This document shows, piece after piece, positions 29,002 to 39,794 of a DNA stretch of 50,681 bases. Made by a program: the position numbers and the translations under genes. The stretch's first letter is position 1. Every line of letters begins with the position of its first letter. Where the stretch lies: NCBI GenBank assembly GCA_048940445.1, contig JBHLON010000026.1, positions 1 through 50,681 on the forward strand, read 5' to 3'. The DNA is from Promethearchaeota archaeon (GTDB taxonomy: Archaea; Asgardarchaeota; Lokiarchaeia; Sigyniarchaeales; SOKP01). The notes under the pieces are model-generated. The model worked only from the letters and a program-made list of their open reading frames with translations. It was not told where the DNA came from and ran no database searches.

Positions 29002-30294
29002 ATGAATAATCAAGATTATGTAATTTTCCGAAATTCTAAAATATTCATTAAAAATAAAATACTTGATCTCGATAATAAACAGCTAAAAAACTTAGATGAA
29101 GTTGAAGGAATTGAATTATTAAGTAATCTAGAAACTTTATTACTCTATGATAATCATTTAAGAACGTTACCAGAATGGATCAGTAAATTAGACTCTTTAA
29201 AGTCACTGTATCTGATTAAAAATTTAATAGATGATCTCCCTGATTCTTTAGGGGAATTAAAAAATCTTGAAGAATTGTGGCTAAGTAGCAATAAACTACA
29301 TAAAATTCCGAGATGTATAAGTCACCTGCAATCCTTAAGATTACTTGATTTAGGCGATAATAAAATAATCAGAAATTTTGGAATCCTTGGAACTTTAACT
29401 TCATTAAAACTTTTAAGTCTTGCTGTGTGCGGGTTAAATAAAATCCCTAGTTCGATTAGAAAGCTAATTAACTTAGAAGAATTGTATTTGGGAGGAAATA
29501 AGCTAACAGATATCCCTATTTTTTTTGATAGTTTGCAATCTCTTCAGATATTAAATATAGGCGGGAATGATTTTAAAATTTTACCTAAACCAATTACTTC
29601 CTTACCGTTATTGAGAAATTTAAATGTTCAGGATTCTCATATGATTAAGCTTCCAGAATCTATAGGAAATCTTAGATCTCTTGAAGAATTATGGTTATTT
29701 AATAATCTATTAATTACAATTCCTAAATCAATTGGTTCTTTATCTTCTCTTAAAAGATTACAATTGAATCATAACTCCCTTACTTCAGTTCCAGAAGCAA
29801 TATGTAATCTTGAATCTCTCGAATTTTTATGGATCCAAGGTAATAATCTTACAACTCTTCCTGAATCAATAAGTAATCTTAAAAATTTAAAAGAACTTGA
29901 TCTTGGTTCAAATCAGCTTAAAACAATACCTAAATCTATTCTTGATTTAAAGTCTCTTGAATCTTTAAATTTGCAGTCCAATCCACTTGTTAGTAATCAA
30001 GATTTTAGAATAAAGTCAATTATTAAAAGATTAAAAGATAATAATGTTATCGTTATGGAGGGATATGAAAACATAACTGAAAAAGAACTGATGTCAAGAC
30101 ATGGTATAACCGAGAAAAATGTAATTGATACTTTAACTACTGATTGGCAGAAAATATCTTCTCTTATCTTCAAACTTAAAATAAAAGAAATGATGGGCGC
30201 TAGACATCTTCAAATGCTCTTACATGAACTTGTTAGAAAAGGTAAAGTTGAAGAAAAGATAATAAGAAGTAAAAAACATTGGAGATTAAAATAA
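29002..30294 (+). CDS. Leucine-rich repeat protein with a C-terminal winged-helix-like domain
   Basis: About 13 23-aa LxxLxLxxNxLxxLPxxIxxL repeats; tail ...LQMLLHELVRKGKVEEK..KKHWRLK. Confidence 0.92.
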   Translation: MNNQDYVIFRNSKIFIKNKILDLDNKQLKNLDEVEGIELLSNLETLLLYDNHLRTLPEWISKLDSLKSLYLIKNLIDDLPDSLGELKNLEELWLSSNKLHKIPRCISHLQSLRLLDLGDNKIIRNFGILGTLTSLKLLSLAVCGLNKIPSSIRKLINLEELYLGGNKLTDIPIFFDSLQSLQILNIGGNDFKILPKPITSLPLLRNLNVQDSHMIKLPESIGNLRSLEELWLFNNLLITIPKSIGSLSSLKRLQLNHNSLTSVPEAICNLESLEFLWIQGNNLTTLPESISNLKNLKELDLGSNQLKTIPKSILDLKSLESLNLQSNPLVSNQDFRIKSIIKRLKDNNVIVMEGYENITEKELMSRHGITEKNVIDTLTTDWQKISSLIFKLKIKEMMGARHLQMLLHELVRKGKVEEKIIRSKKHWRLK

Positions 30295-30418
30295 AAATAA
30301 TAATTGATGACTATATTTCAAAAGATTTATTTACCTTACAAGAGTTTATGAATCAATTCTCTAATATTTGTATTTTTTTCTTTAATAAAACTAGTAGAAT
30401 TTTGTCGTTGAAGAATTT

Positions 30419-31027
30419 TCACTTTTTAACTATATAATCTAAAATGCAAGTACGACGTGTATCGAAGTAATTACCTTTAAGAATGCGTCTCTTTTCTTTA
30501 TAAAGGATTTCAAAATTATTAAAGAAATGATCAGGTTCATCGTCATCATAGTAACTATGCAAATATTCTTTATTTCCATCCTTGCTTACTATTTCACCTG
30601 GTATTATTTCCATACTTTCGTCATACCATCTATCATCTTTTGATAGAAAGTTTAGATAGCATAATCCGCCTTTCATTAAAACACGATGTATTTCATTAAT
30701 AGCCTGGAAAGTGTCATTTTTACTCAAGTGAACCATTGAGAGATAGGAATAAACATTACCAAAATATTTAGATTTAAAAGGTATATCTCTCATATCTCCC
30801 TTAACAATCTTAAGTTTAACATTATTTTTTTTACAAAAATCTTCAGCTTTCTGGATCTGATCTTCAGAAATATCAATTCCATACGATTCAAAACCATTCT
30901 CATAAAAAAAGGCGAGCTTAGGATCAGGTCCACCAGCACCACAATCTAATATTCTCTTGTTAGTCGTATTAAATTGAATATATCTAAGATAGTTATACAA
31001 AGATGAAGGATAAATCTTTGTTATCAT
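30419..31027 (-). CDS. Class I SAM-dependent methyltransferase
   Basis: ILDCGAGG, GIDIS, GDMRDIPF, RVL..GG. Confidence 0.9.
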   Translation of the reverse strand: MITKIYPSSLYNYLRYIQFNTTNKRILDCGAGGPDPKLAFFYENGFESYGIDISEDQIQKAEDFCKKNNVKLKIVKGDMRDIPFKSKYFGNVYSYLSMVHLSKNDTFQAINEIHRVLMKGGLCYLNFLSKDDRWYDESMEIIPGEIVSKDGNKEYLHSYYDDDEPDHFFNNFEILYKEKRRILKGNYFDTRRTCILDYIVKK

Positions 31028-31318
31028 CTTTGAAGTAATTTTTCTTCAAATAAAAAGAAATTAGTAAAAGAAAGTTATTTTTTTAGAGTGTCCTTTTTCT
31101 GATTCCATTATCCCAAGAGAAATAAATATTTACTTATAATAACGGTCTCAACTTGATTATCCGAAATTGGAGAGCTGTTTTGGAGATAGATCTCTTTTTA
31201 TTTCTAAGGCTCTCTTTAGAGATATAATATTAAAGACATATTTTTCTGAAAAAGTTAATTAATACGATTAATTACGGATCTTAAACCACAATAATAATAT
31301 TAAAAGAGGTGTATCTAT

Positions 31319-31807
31319 GTGAAAGCTCTAGTAGCTTACGATACAAAATATGGAAATACTGAGCAAGTAGCAAGATTAATTGCAGAAGGAATTACTTCTA
31401 CTGGGAATAATGAAGTAATAGTAAATAATGTAAAAGATATAAATCTTAAGAAAGAAGATTCATATGACTTAATTTTAATGGGATCTCCAGTTCATTTTGG
31501 AAAGCATGTAGGGTCAGTAAAGAAATTTATCAATAAACTTCCAAAAGCAAAATTAAAGATAAACTCGTATGCTGTATTTAATACCTATCAGGGTGAGCCG
31601 ATAGAAGAAGGCCAGAAAGAAGGCGTATGTTATTATGAAAAAATGATAGTTAAAATGGAGAGCCAAATTAGTGAAAAGATGCCCAATTTAACAAAAGCTA
31701 GTCCTGCATTGTGTATAAAAGTTAAAGGGATGAAAGGCCCTATAACAGAAGAAGACCTACCAAAGTGCAAAGAATTCGGTATAAAATTAAGTCAAGGATC
31801 AAAATAA
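31319..31807 (+). CDS. Flavodoxin, paralog of 27984..28442
   Basis: YDTKYGNT, YDLILMGSPVHFGKHVG identical to the paralog. Confidence 0.92.
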   Translation: MKALVAYDTKYGNTEQVARLIAEGITSTGNNEVIVNNVKDINLKKEDSYDLILMGSPVHFGKHVGSVKKFINKLPKAKLKINSYAVFNTYQGEPIEEGQKEGVCYYEKMIVKMESQISEKMPNLTKASPALCIKVKGMKGPITEEDLPKCKEFGIKLSQGSK

Positions 31808-31974
31808 CATCCCAGATTGATAATTTGAGGTTTTATGGAAAAAGATCCTGAATTTTTCTTTTTTTTATTATTCTTATGAATTGAATCATTTAAAATCAAG
31901 ATTAATTACCTATATTTCTTACTTTTGAATCAACAAATGCATTTAATATTGTCTTTTAAATTTTTAACTTTTCA

Positions 31975-32733
31975 TTATTGCTTTATCAACAGATTTGTAA
32001 AATTTTTCAATTCTAAGGCATTTTCTATAGCCCAGCCGTGAGCATCATTATTAAAGTAGGCGAAAATTTTTATATTTTGTTTTAACCATTTAGTAATTTT
32101 CTTAGCCCATAGATTAACATGATCTGTTGAATACTTTCCATAATAAGGACCTACAGGTCCATGAAATCGGATATAAGTAAAGTTTGTCGTAATCTGCTCT
32201 AGTAATAAATCTCCCGTAAAGTCATGAATACATAAAGCAATGTTAAATTTCTTAAATAAATCGATAACATTATCAACGTACCAACTTGGATTCCGGATTT
32301 CAAAAGCAAAAAGGTATTGTTTTGGGAGAATTTCAACAAATTCTTCTAATCGTTCAAAATTAATTTTCCAATTAGGAGGAAGCTGGAATAAAATAGGGCC
32401 TAACTTATCTTTAAATAATTTAATAACTTCAAAGAATTTTTTAATAGTTGTTTGCCCGTCCTTAAGATATTTTCTATGAGTAATAAATCTGTTTGCTTTT
32501 ATAGCAAAAATAAAGTGATCAGGAGTTTCATTTATCCATTTTTTAACTGTGGCCACTGAAGGGATTCTATAAAAAGTGCTATTTACCTCAACAGTGTCAA
32601 AATATTTTACATAATGACTTAGCATCTCATTGTTAGGAAATTTTTTTGGATAAAAAGGACCTTTCCAATGATTATACATCCAACCCGATGTACCAATTAA
32701 AGCTGTAGTTTTACTATTTTTCATATTACTCAT
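31975..32733 (-). CDS. DUF72 (YecE-like) protein
   Basis: IGTSGW.Y..W...FYP, VEVNSTFY, LFQLPP, YIRFHG, YFNND. Confidence 0.95.
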   Translation of the reverse strand: MSNMKNSKTTALIGTSGWMYNHWKGPFYPKKFPNNEMLSHYVKYFDTVEVNSTFYRIPSVATVKKWINETPDHFIFAIKANRFITHRKYLKDGQTTIKKFFEVIKLFKDKLGPILFQLPPNWKINFERLEEFVEILPKQYLFAFEIRNPSWYVDNVIDLFKKFNIALCIHDFTGDLLLEQITTNFTYIRFHGPVGPYYGKYSTDHVNLWAKKITKWLKQNIKIFAYFNNDAHGWAIENALELKNFTNLLIKQ

Positions 32734-33103
32734 GTTCTAATGCTTAAAACCAGAATAACCAGATTTCAATTTATTAAATATTGTATTGATCCAACATTAT
32801 AATATTAAAATCTTTTTTAAATCTTATATCTCTTACCTATGTTTCTGGTTTACCCATAAGATAGAACCCAAATTTGTTATTTTTGAAAATTAATAAAGTA
32901 TGCAGAATATCATCTAAATTAGCTTTCATTTAGACTTTATTCAAAATTATATTTTAAATTATTGCATTATTGCTGATGATATTACAAAGTAATGAACTCG
33001 TTTCAATTTCTCATCTTCAAGAAATCTATATAAAAAATCTTAAATATTAATATTTTCTAAATTCACCTTAGAGTAAGTTTCAAATTTAAACTCAAATTAA
33101 GAG

Positions 33104-34654
33104 GTGACAAAAATCAGGAGAATTAAATTACACAATTTTTCACATGTAAAATTTAGATTATTTGTTATTGGCATCATTATCATCTTATTTTTTATGAGCT
33201 ATTTTAGTGTTAATCCAAAATTTTTAGCAACATTCAATAATAGTTCGTTCAAGGATGATTCTATTGTTCAAACGGAAGGGCAAGAACAAGTTCCGTTAAC
33301 TTCTGATTATACGTTAGTGGCGCCGATAAATATCAGTTCACCGAGTGATTGGGCTCAGTATCCATTTATAACAGGGAATGGGACTGATAATAATCCGTAT
33401 GTGATTGAAAATATTGAAATTCAAGGCAATGGTATAAAGAGTAGAGAGCAATCTGGAATGAATATGTTAAATTATTCGGATGTAGGAATCTATATTGGTG
33501 CGGCAGGTAATTTTACTATCCGTAATTGCCGAATCTCCTCCATTTCTTTAGGGATATATCTAGGTTTGGGAACTTCGGTTGATTATATGCATAGTATTCG
33601 AGGCGTGGAAATCGATGATTGCGGAATAGGGATTTATGTGTTGGGATTTGGTGGTGGAGGATTTATTACAGTCAATATTTCACGATGTAAAATTTCAAAT
33701 TGCAATTGGGTATCAGTAAAGATTCCTGAGGACTTGGAGTCTTCCCTATATGGGGGTTTTGGTTTGTGGGTAAAAGGAGATCAAGGGTCGATAATTGAAT
33801 ACTGTAAAATTCAAGGTTGTTCCATAGGATTATACGCTGGTCCTGCAGTATCTATAGTTAACAATCAACTTATAAATTGTGGTTTCTTATTTGCTTTTGC
33901 GTATATGTTTATCTATTATGAAATATCTAATAATACGATAAATGGAAAACCGCTTGGTTTATTTATGCTTGAAGACGATTTAACTTTATCGGGTTCAGAA
34001 GCATCTCAGTATGGACAATTAATTTTTGTAGCTTGTCATAATCTTCATCTTTCTAACATCCAAATTAAAGAACCTAGCAGTTTTGGATTGATGCTACTTA
34101 ACTGCAACCATCCCCTCTTAGATAATATTCTATGCGAAAACCAGCAGATTGGCTTTTACATTTATACTATGGATATGACAGCAGATAATTTACAAGCTAA
34201 AAATTGTGTAGCAGGATTTAGTTTTATACGGATAAGAAATAGTAATTTAGCCCATATCTCTATAAATGATACTGAAATACCCGTTTGTGGATATATCCTC
34301 ACGAATACAACTATTGGAATTGAAAAGTCGACGCGAATCTATCTTATTAATTATTTAGATATTCCTGAAATACAATTAAACTCATCAATTTCCTCAAGTA
34401 TAGTGCCCCGAATAAATATGACTGAATTTGATTTTGAAGGTTTTATAATTCAACTTGATGAGATCGATACATATCATATCACTGGCTTAGAACCAGGAAC
34501 TCAAAACGTGGTTTTCGATTTTATAATTGTTATATTTGAACCTTCTGAAGTTGTAGAGATTCCGGGATTTCCATTAATTTGGTTCTATACGACAATACTG
34601 TTAGTAATATCGATCTTGATATTTTCAATACGATATAAAAAAGATAATACATAA
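33104..34654 (+). CDS. Surface beta-helix protein with an IPGF-TM C-terminal sorting signal
   Basis: GNGT..NPYVIEN, GIYL repeats, N.INGKPL, EIPGFP + TM + basic tail. Confidence 0.85.
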   Translation: MTKIRRIKLHNFSHVKFRLFVIGIIIILFFMSYFSVNPKFLATFNNSSFKDDSIVQTEGQEQVPLTSDYTLVAPINISSPSDWAQYPFITGNGTDNNPYVIENIEIQGNGIKSREQSGMNMLNYSDVGIYIGAAGNFTIRNCRISSISLGIYLGLGTSVDYMHSIRGVEIDDCGIGIYVLGFGGGGFITVNISRCKISNCNWVSVKIPEDLESSLYGGFGLWVKGDQGSIIEYCKIQGCSIGLYAGPAVSIVNNQLINCGFLFAFAYMFIYYEISNNTINGKPLGLFMLEDDLTLSGSEASQYGQLIFVACHNLHLSNIQIKEPSSFGLMLLNCNHPLLDNILCENQQIGFYIYTMDMTADNLQAKNCVAGFSFIRIRNSNLAHISINDTEIPVCGYILTNTTIGIEKSTRIYLINYLDIPEIQLNSSISSSIVPRINMTEFDFEGFIIQLDEIDTYHITGLEPGTQNVVFDFIIVIFEPSEVVEIPGFPLIWFYTTILLVISILIFSIRYKKDNT

Positions 34655-34896
34655 ATTTTCAATTTAGAATCGTTGAGATTCCCTTTAAATCTATTTTTTT
34701 TATAAACTTCTTTTGAAAGAGTTGCTACATTTAGTTCAAAATTTCGGGAGATTTTTTTTTCATTAAAATACAAGCTAATTATTATTAATATAAAAAAAAA
34801 TAATGAATATTTCTAAAAAATAAATATTTTAGCAGACTCCATTAATTTCTAATTGAAAAAATTATAAAAGATGGTTTAAACTTCTTAAACCTACAT

Positions 34897-35523
34897 ATGA
34901 GTCAAACGAAAGTAAAGGTAATAGCATATTCCGACTATATTTGTCCATTTTGCTATATTGGATATCATCGAATGGAACAACTTAAAAAAGAATATGATCT
35001 TGATATTGAATGGAAACCATTTGAGATTCACCCAGAGACCCCAAAGGAGGGTGCTTTAACTGAAGATTTACCGTTTCCTAAAGGGTATTTAGAGATGGCA
35101 TTCGCTAACGTTCGACGTCTTGCGGATCAAGATGGATTAACTCTTAAATTTTCAGAAAAGCTACCAAATTCACAATTAGCACACTACATTTCTGAATTTG
35201 CGCGAAAAAAGGGAAAATTTGAAGAGTTTCACAAATTAGTGCTAGATGCTTATTGGTTAGAAGGAAAAGATATTGGAAATAAAAGTTTATTGCTAGATCT
35301 TGCTGAGTCAGTTGGACTAAATAAAAAGGAGATAGAGAGCTACTTAGATACAGACGAACCTCTTAAAGCTGTACAACAATCACTAAGAGAACTAAGAAGG
35401 TATGGAATAAACGGAGTTCCTTCCTTTCTTATTGAAGATAAGCTCGTAATCGGAGCTCAATCTTATGAGGTTTTTAGAGAGATAATCAATAAAATTCTAG
35501 GTAAAAAATCAAAGGAAAACTAA
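34897..35523 (+). CDS. DsbA/FrnE-family thiol oxidoreductase
   Basis: YSDYICPFCYIG, GINGVPSF, GAQ. Confidence 0.93.
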   Translation: MSQTKVKVIAYSDYICPFCYIGYHRMEQLKKEYDLDIEWKPFEIHPETPKEGALTEDLPFPKGYLEMAFANVRRLADQDGLTLKFSEKLPNSQLAHYISEFARKKGKFEEFHKLVLDAYWLEGKDIGNKSLLLDLAESVGLNKKEIESYLDTDEPLKAVQQSLRELRRYGINGVPSFLIEDKLVIGAQSYEVFREIINKILGKKSKEN

Positions 35524-35579
35524 ATATTCTAAATAAGTGGTATTATCTAAATTCTGAATGATCATTGTGGATTTCAATA

Positions 35580-35599
35580 TGAACTTCATTTGAAGTTCA
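35580..35599. promoter_or_regulatory. Perfect 9-2-9 palindrome upstream of the flavin reductase cluster
   Basis: TGAACTTCA-TT-TGAAGTTCA, about 12 nt before TATTTATA. Confidence 0.55.
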
Positions 35600-35673
35600 C
35601 TTATTTCAACTATTTATATTAGAATATCCTACTGAAATAATAAAACTCAACTTTTCTTTAATGTAAAAATAAT

Positions 35674-36252
35674 ATGAATAAAACAAAAATTCCTCCGAAA
35701 GCTTATTTATTCCCTATGCCCGTTGTTCTTATCGGGGCTAATGTGAATGGAAAACCAAATTTTGAAACCCTAGCATATGCTGGGATTGTCGAAAGTCAGC
35801 CTCCATTAATTTCAATATCATCGTATGAAACACATTATACTAATATTGGAATTAAGGAAAATGGAACGTTTAGCGTTAATACTCCTTCGGAAAATTTAGC
35901 AGAAATTATTGATTATTGCGGTATCGTTTCGGGTAAAGATGTAGATAAATCAGATGTATTTGATATTTTTTATGGGGATCTTAAAACTGCTCCAATGGTA
36001 AGTGATTCACCACTAAATCTAGAATGTGAAGTTGTTAAAACATTAAAGATGAAAGAATTATTAGAGCTAGACCAAGGCCATGAAGTTTTTCTCGGAAAAG
36101 TAGTTAATGTGTATGCTGATGAAGATTATTTAACAGATGGAATACCAGATATTGCAAAGCTTAACACCTATACCTACTCACTAAATAATTATTGGAAAGT
36201 AGGTAAAAAGCTCGCGCCGGCATTTGAGATTGGAGAAAAATATAAAAAATGA
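35674..36252 (+). CDS. Flavin reductase family protein (flavoredoxin-like)
   Basis: PMPVVLIGANVNGKPNF, FSVN.P, CG..SG, APM....LNLEC. Confidence 0.92.
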   Translation: MNKTKIPPKAYLFPMPVVLIGANVNGKPNFETLAYAGIVESQPPLISISSYETHYTNIGIKENGTFSVNTPSENLAEIIDYCGIVSGKDVDKSDVFDIFYGDLKTAPMVSDSPLNLECEVVKTLKMKELLELDQGHEVFLGKVVNVYADEDYLTDGIPDIAKLNTYTYSLNNYWKVGKKLAPAFEIGEKYKK

Positions 36253-36296
36253 TTGTATACATTAAATTTCAAATAATAATTTTTTTTTGAGTAAAA

Positions 36297-36878
36297 ATGA
36301 GTGAAGAAGTGAATACAAAACACCTAAATAAGGAAATAATTGATGGGAATCTTTTAAGTCCTTTACCTGTAATTTTGGTTGGGGCAAATGTACATAATAA
36401 GCCTAACTATTTGGTAATTGGATACAGTTGTCCATTTGTTTTTGGTAGATATATTTTTTTCAGCTTATATCCAAAACGTTATACGACAATTGGAATTCAT
36501 GAGAATATGACTTTTAGTGTAAATATCCCTTCAGAAGACCTCGTGGAAAAAACTAATATTTGTGGGAGTAAATCTGGGCGAGATATTGATAAAAGTACCC
36601 TTTTTAACAATTTTTATGGAGAATTAAAGACAGCGCCAATGATTCGTGAGTGTCCAGTTAACGTAGAATGTAAAGTACATGAAATCCTCGATTATGGTGA
36701 TGGTGAAGGAATTATTGGCAAGGTAATTAAATCGTATGTTAATCCGAAGTATATGATTAAAGAAAATGGTAAAATGAAGCTCGATTGGCGGAAGATTCAT
36801 CCGATTATCTGGACTACGGGGGGTGACTTTAATTATTACCGTCTCGGGGAACGAATCATAACCGAGGATGAGACATAA
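36297..36878 (+). CDS. Flavin reductase family protein (flavoredoxin-like)
   Basis: PLPVILVGANV..KPN, FSVNIP, CGSKSG, APMIRECPVNVEC. Confidence 0.92.
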   Translation: MSEEVNTKHLNKEIIDGNLLSPLPVILVGANVHNKPNYLVIGYSCPFVFGRYIFFSLYPKRYTTIGIHENMTFSVNIPSEDLVEKTNICGSKSGRDIDKSTLFNNFYGELKTAPMIRECPVNVECKVHEILDYGDGEGIIGKVIKSYVNPKYMIKENGKMKLDWRKIHPIIWTTGGDFNYYRLGERIITEDET

Positions 36879-36923
36879 ATTTCATTTAAATTTATAGAAT
36901 TTACTGACATTTACTGATAAAAT

Positions 36924-37262
36924 ATGAACTATCCTCTCAAAATAACAGTAATAAAGGTTTGCGAACCTAAAGACATCATAGGAAAAGATTTTATTCGAGA
37001 ATCTGGAAAATCAATACCAAAATGTGGTTTTTTCACTGAAGGAGATCAATTCATTATACCAGAAACGGGTGCAATGCCTGAAGGATTTATTTGTATACAT
37101 GCGTTTAATGCGATTAATAAACATGTTGAAGTCCTTAGGTTAGGTGGAAGTATTGAGGATTGGACAGGAGAAGATACTATCTATGGTGTTTGCCCAGATG
37201 GTATACGACCTGTAATCTTTAAAATTGAACGTATAAAAAAGGAAAATAATTTTGGTGATTAA
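36924..37262 (+). CDS. TIGR04076-family protein
   Basis: KITV.K, C..F..G..F, MPEGFIC..A, CPDG.RPVIFKIER. Confidence 0.88.
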   Translation: MNYPLKITVIKVCEPKDIIGKDFIRESGKSIPKCGFFTEGDQFIIPETGAMPEGFICIHAFNAINKHVEVLRLGGSIEDWTGEDTIYGVCPDGIRPVIFKIERIKKENNFGD

Positions 37263-37264
37263 AA

Positions 37265-37582
37265 TTGAGACCTAAAGTAAAAATAACTGTTTTGAAAAAA
37301 TTCACTTCAAAAGATGTTCTGGGTTATGATTTCAAATTCCCGAATGGTCCGATAGTAAAAGATTGTAAAATGGTTCAAGAAGGACAGGAATTTATTGTTG
37401 AAAATGAATTAACTATGCCAGAAGGTTTTTGTCGTTGGGCATGGGTCGATATTTACCGAGATATTGCTATATTAACTATGAAAGGTAATTTTGCAGAAGG
37501 AGAATTGGCAGGGATAAAATATTCAGCATGTTCAGATGGATTGAAACCAGTCATTTTTAAACTTGAACGCATTGAAGAATGA
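37265..37582 (+). CDS. TIGR04076-family protein
   Basis: MPEGFCRWAW.DI, CSDGLKPVIFKLER. Confidence 0.9.
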   Translation: MRPKVKITVLKKFTSKDVLGYDFKFPNGPIVKDCKMVQEGQEFIVENELTMPEGFCRWAWVDIYRDIAILTMKGNFAEGELAGIKYSACSDGLKPVIFKLERIEE

Positions 37583-37718
37583 GATGTATATGCTCCTTTT
37601 AAGCCTTTAATTATTACCACCTTGGAGAATGAATTATAATTGAATAAGAAGTATAATTAATTCTTTATATAATCCTTTGAAGCTTTTCTCTAAAGTGAAC
37701 AACCAATGCCATAATGAT

Positions 37719-39539
37719 TTAACTTCTAAGATTTCTCCATTTTTTCTCGATAATAATAACGACAGCAACAGATAGAACACCTATTAGAATGAATAAATTA
37801 TATCCTGGTACAAAATTTACGGTAGAAGGTAATAATACGTTGACATGAATATAATTTGACAATGTTTCGCCTGAGGCATTATAACTTGCCACAATAAAAT
37901 AATAATCTCCAGTTGTCAGATTAGTCATTTCAAATGGTGAATTATCATATTGGTGTGTAATCAGATCAAGTTTTTGGTTTATATATGTAATAGGAGAATT
38001 GGATGAATATAGAGAATAACTTTCAGCCCCTAGTGATTCTGTCCAGTTCAGAATTATATTACCGTCTGTATCAGGATCCTCAGCGTCAGTTATTAATGTA
38101 AAATCTCCTGGAAGGGCTCTCTTTTCGACAAGATCATAAATACCCCAATAAGGAATTAACAAAGGTGCCGTAGCCATTGAATTAGGATATATCATACCAT
38201 AACTCGAAACTACTTGTTTGATTCCATCCAATTGCCATTGACAAAAAAAGTTAGTATTAATGGGCCAACCTTCGACAAGATCATGAGATGGAGTAAATGC
38301 AATATTCCCACTTGCACCTATGAAGGGATATGTCTGAGTTATATCCTCTAATGCTGTAACTATGATATCGGAATCAAATGACTGAGTTGACTCCACAGCA
38401 GTTGTTAGTAATCTTACAGCATCATACGCGCCTACACCTGTATAAGAGGGTTCTTTATTATATTCATTTAAATAGGCATCCCAAAAAGGAATTGTCAGTT
38501 GCGTTTTATTTATACGATATAAATTTTGCATCATAACTTCGTATTGACAAGCGCCCTGTGTATCGTCCCAATTTGATTCAACCTCAGAAATGTGATCTAT
38601 CCCTGCAATTAAGCATTTAGGCTTCATATTTTCGTATTGAATATTCATAGGGATGCTGCCCGTGCCAGAAATTAATGGAATAAGGATTTGTGGCTCTACA
38701 GCTTTAATCATATTCATAAAAGTCATAAAATCAGTGGCAGTTGCAGTGATTGGGTAAGCGATGTCAGTTGTTATTATTAATCCAAAAAGTGGTAGATTAT
38801 ATTGGAGTGCATTGGCAAAAGGAATGGTCCAGTCTAAAGCTTCTCTAAGGATTGCAACTCTATTAACCGTTCCATTATATTCTGCCCCTAAAGCAGCTGA
38901 AAGAGCAATAATATAGTTACTTAATTCTTTTGCTCTTGATGTGGTATTAAGAGGTGTTATCCTAAACCAGTATTTATATCTATTATAGTTGTAAAGAACA
39001 TTTTGGCAGAGGTAATCGATTCCAGCTCCGGTCCCTAAAAATACTTTTTTAGCATCCATAATTACCTCTACATATGCTGCTAATGATTCTGTGCGATATC
39101 CACCTATAATGAAATGGGGATTGTGCACACTAACCATTTTATAAGCTGCCGAAACTGCTTTACCAATGTCTAGATCAGGATTTTCCTCATCGGTATTTTC
39201 TGCCACAATTCCTACGTAGTATTGTTTTCCACTTACTTCAATACCACCTGCAAGGTTTATTTCTTTTGCCGCTAATAATGCTCCATTTTTTGTATGTATA
39301 CCAGATGGGCGATTTAGATCATCAAGTATACCAATCCTTATAATGTCGTTAAGATTTAGAGGTACATTAACTCCTGGTACAGTATAATTACCAACAAGAA
39401 CATCTGATGAAATAGGATGATTTCTCACTTCTGTAATTTTTCTTGGAGGATTATAAAGTGGTTCGAATTTAAATAGAGCAAATGGTAACAAATTCAATAT
39501 TAAAAGTATCAAAATTGAATATTTTTGGAATGATTTCAT
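37719..39539 (-). CDS. Branched-chain amino acid (LivK-type) substrate-binding protein with an FN3-like domain and Loki-CTERM-like anchor
   Basis: GA.LA..EIN..GG, GGYRTE, YDAV, G.SG.I.F...HD; W..S.GA..Y; VPGYNL + TM. Confidence 0.88.
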   Translation of the reverse strand: MKSFQKYSILILLILNLLPFALFKFEPLYNPPRKITEVRNHPISSDVLVGNYTVPGVNVPLNLNDIIRIGILDDLNRPSGIHTKNGALLAAKEINLAGGIEVSGKQYYVGIVAENTDEENPDLDIGKAVSAAYKMVSVHNPHFIIGGYRTESLAAYVEVIMDAKKVFLGTGAGIDYLCQNVLYNYNRYKYWFRITPLNTTSRAKELSNYIIALSAALGAEYNGTVNRVAILREALDWTIPFANALQYNLPLFGLIITTDIAYPITATATDFMTFMNMIKAVEPQILIPLISGTGSIPMNIQYENMKPKCLIAGIDHISEVESNWDDTQGACQYEVMMQNLYRINKTQLTIPFWDAYLNEYNKEPSYTGVGAYDAVRLLTTAVESTQSFDSDIIVTALEDITQTYPFIGASGNIAFTPSHDLVEGWPINTNFFCQWQLDGIKQVVSSYGMIYPNSMATAPLLIPYWGIYDLVEKRALPGDFTLITDAEDPDTDGNIILNWTESLGAESYSLYSSNSPITYINQKLDLITHQYDNSPFEMTNLTTGDYYFIVASYNASGETLSNYIHVNVLLPSTVNFVPGYNLFILIGVLSVAVVIIIEKKWRNLRS

Positions 39540-39794
39540 ATTTTCGCCACTCTAATAAATAATAGTTAATAGAAAATTAAGATAATGAATTATTTAAATT
39601 TATGTTACCAAAAATTGAGAAGAACAATTTAGAAATTAATCCTCAACCTTTAGAAATATAAATAAATTTAGGGGTATTATTTACAATATAGAATCATTAG
39701 CAGATAATGATATTTTTTATATATTATCTTTTTTTTATTGAATTGATAAAATCATAAAATAGTTTTTTAAAAGATTTAAAAAGAGGAATTCAAA

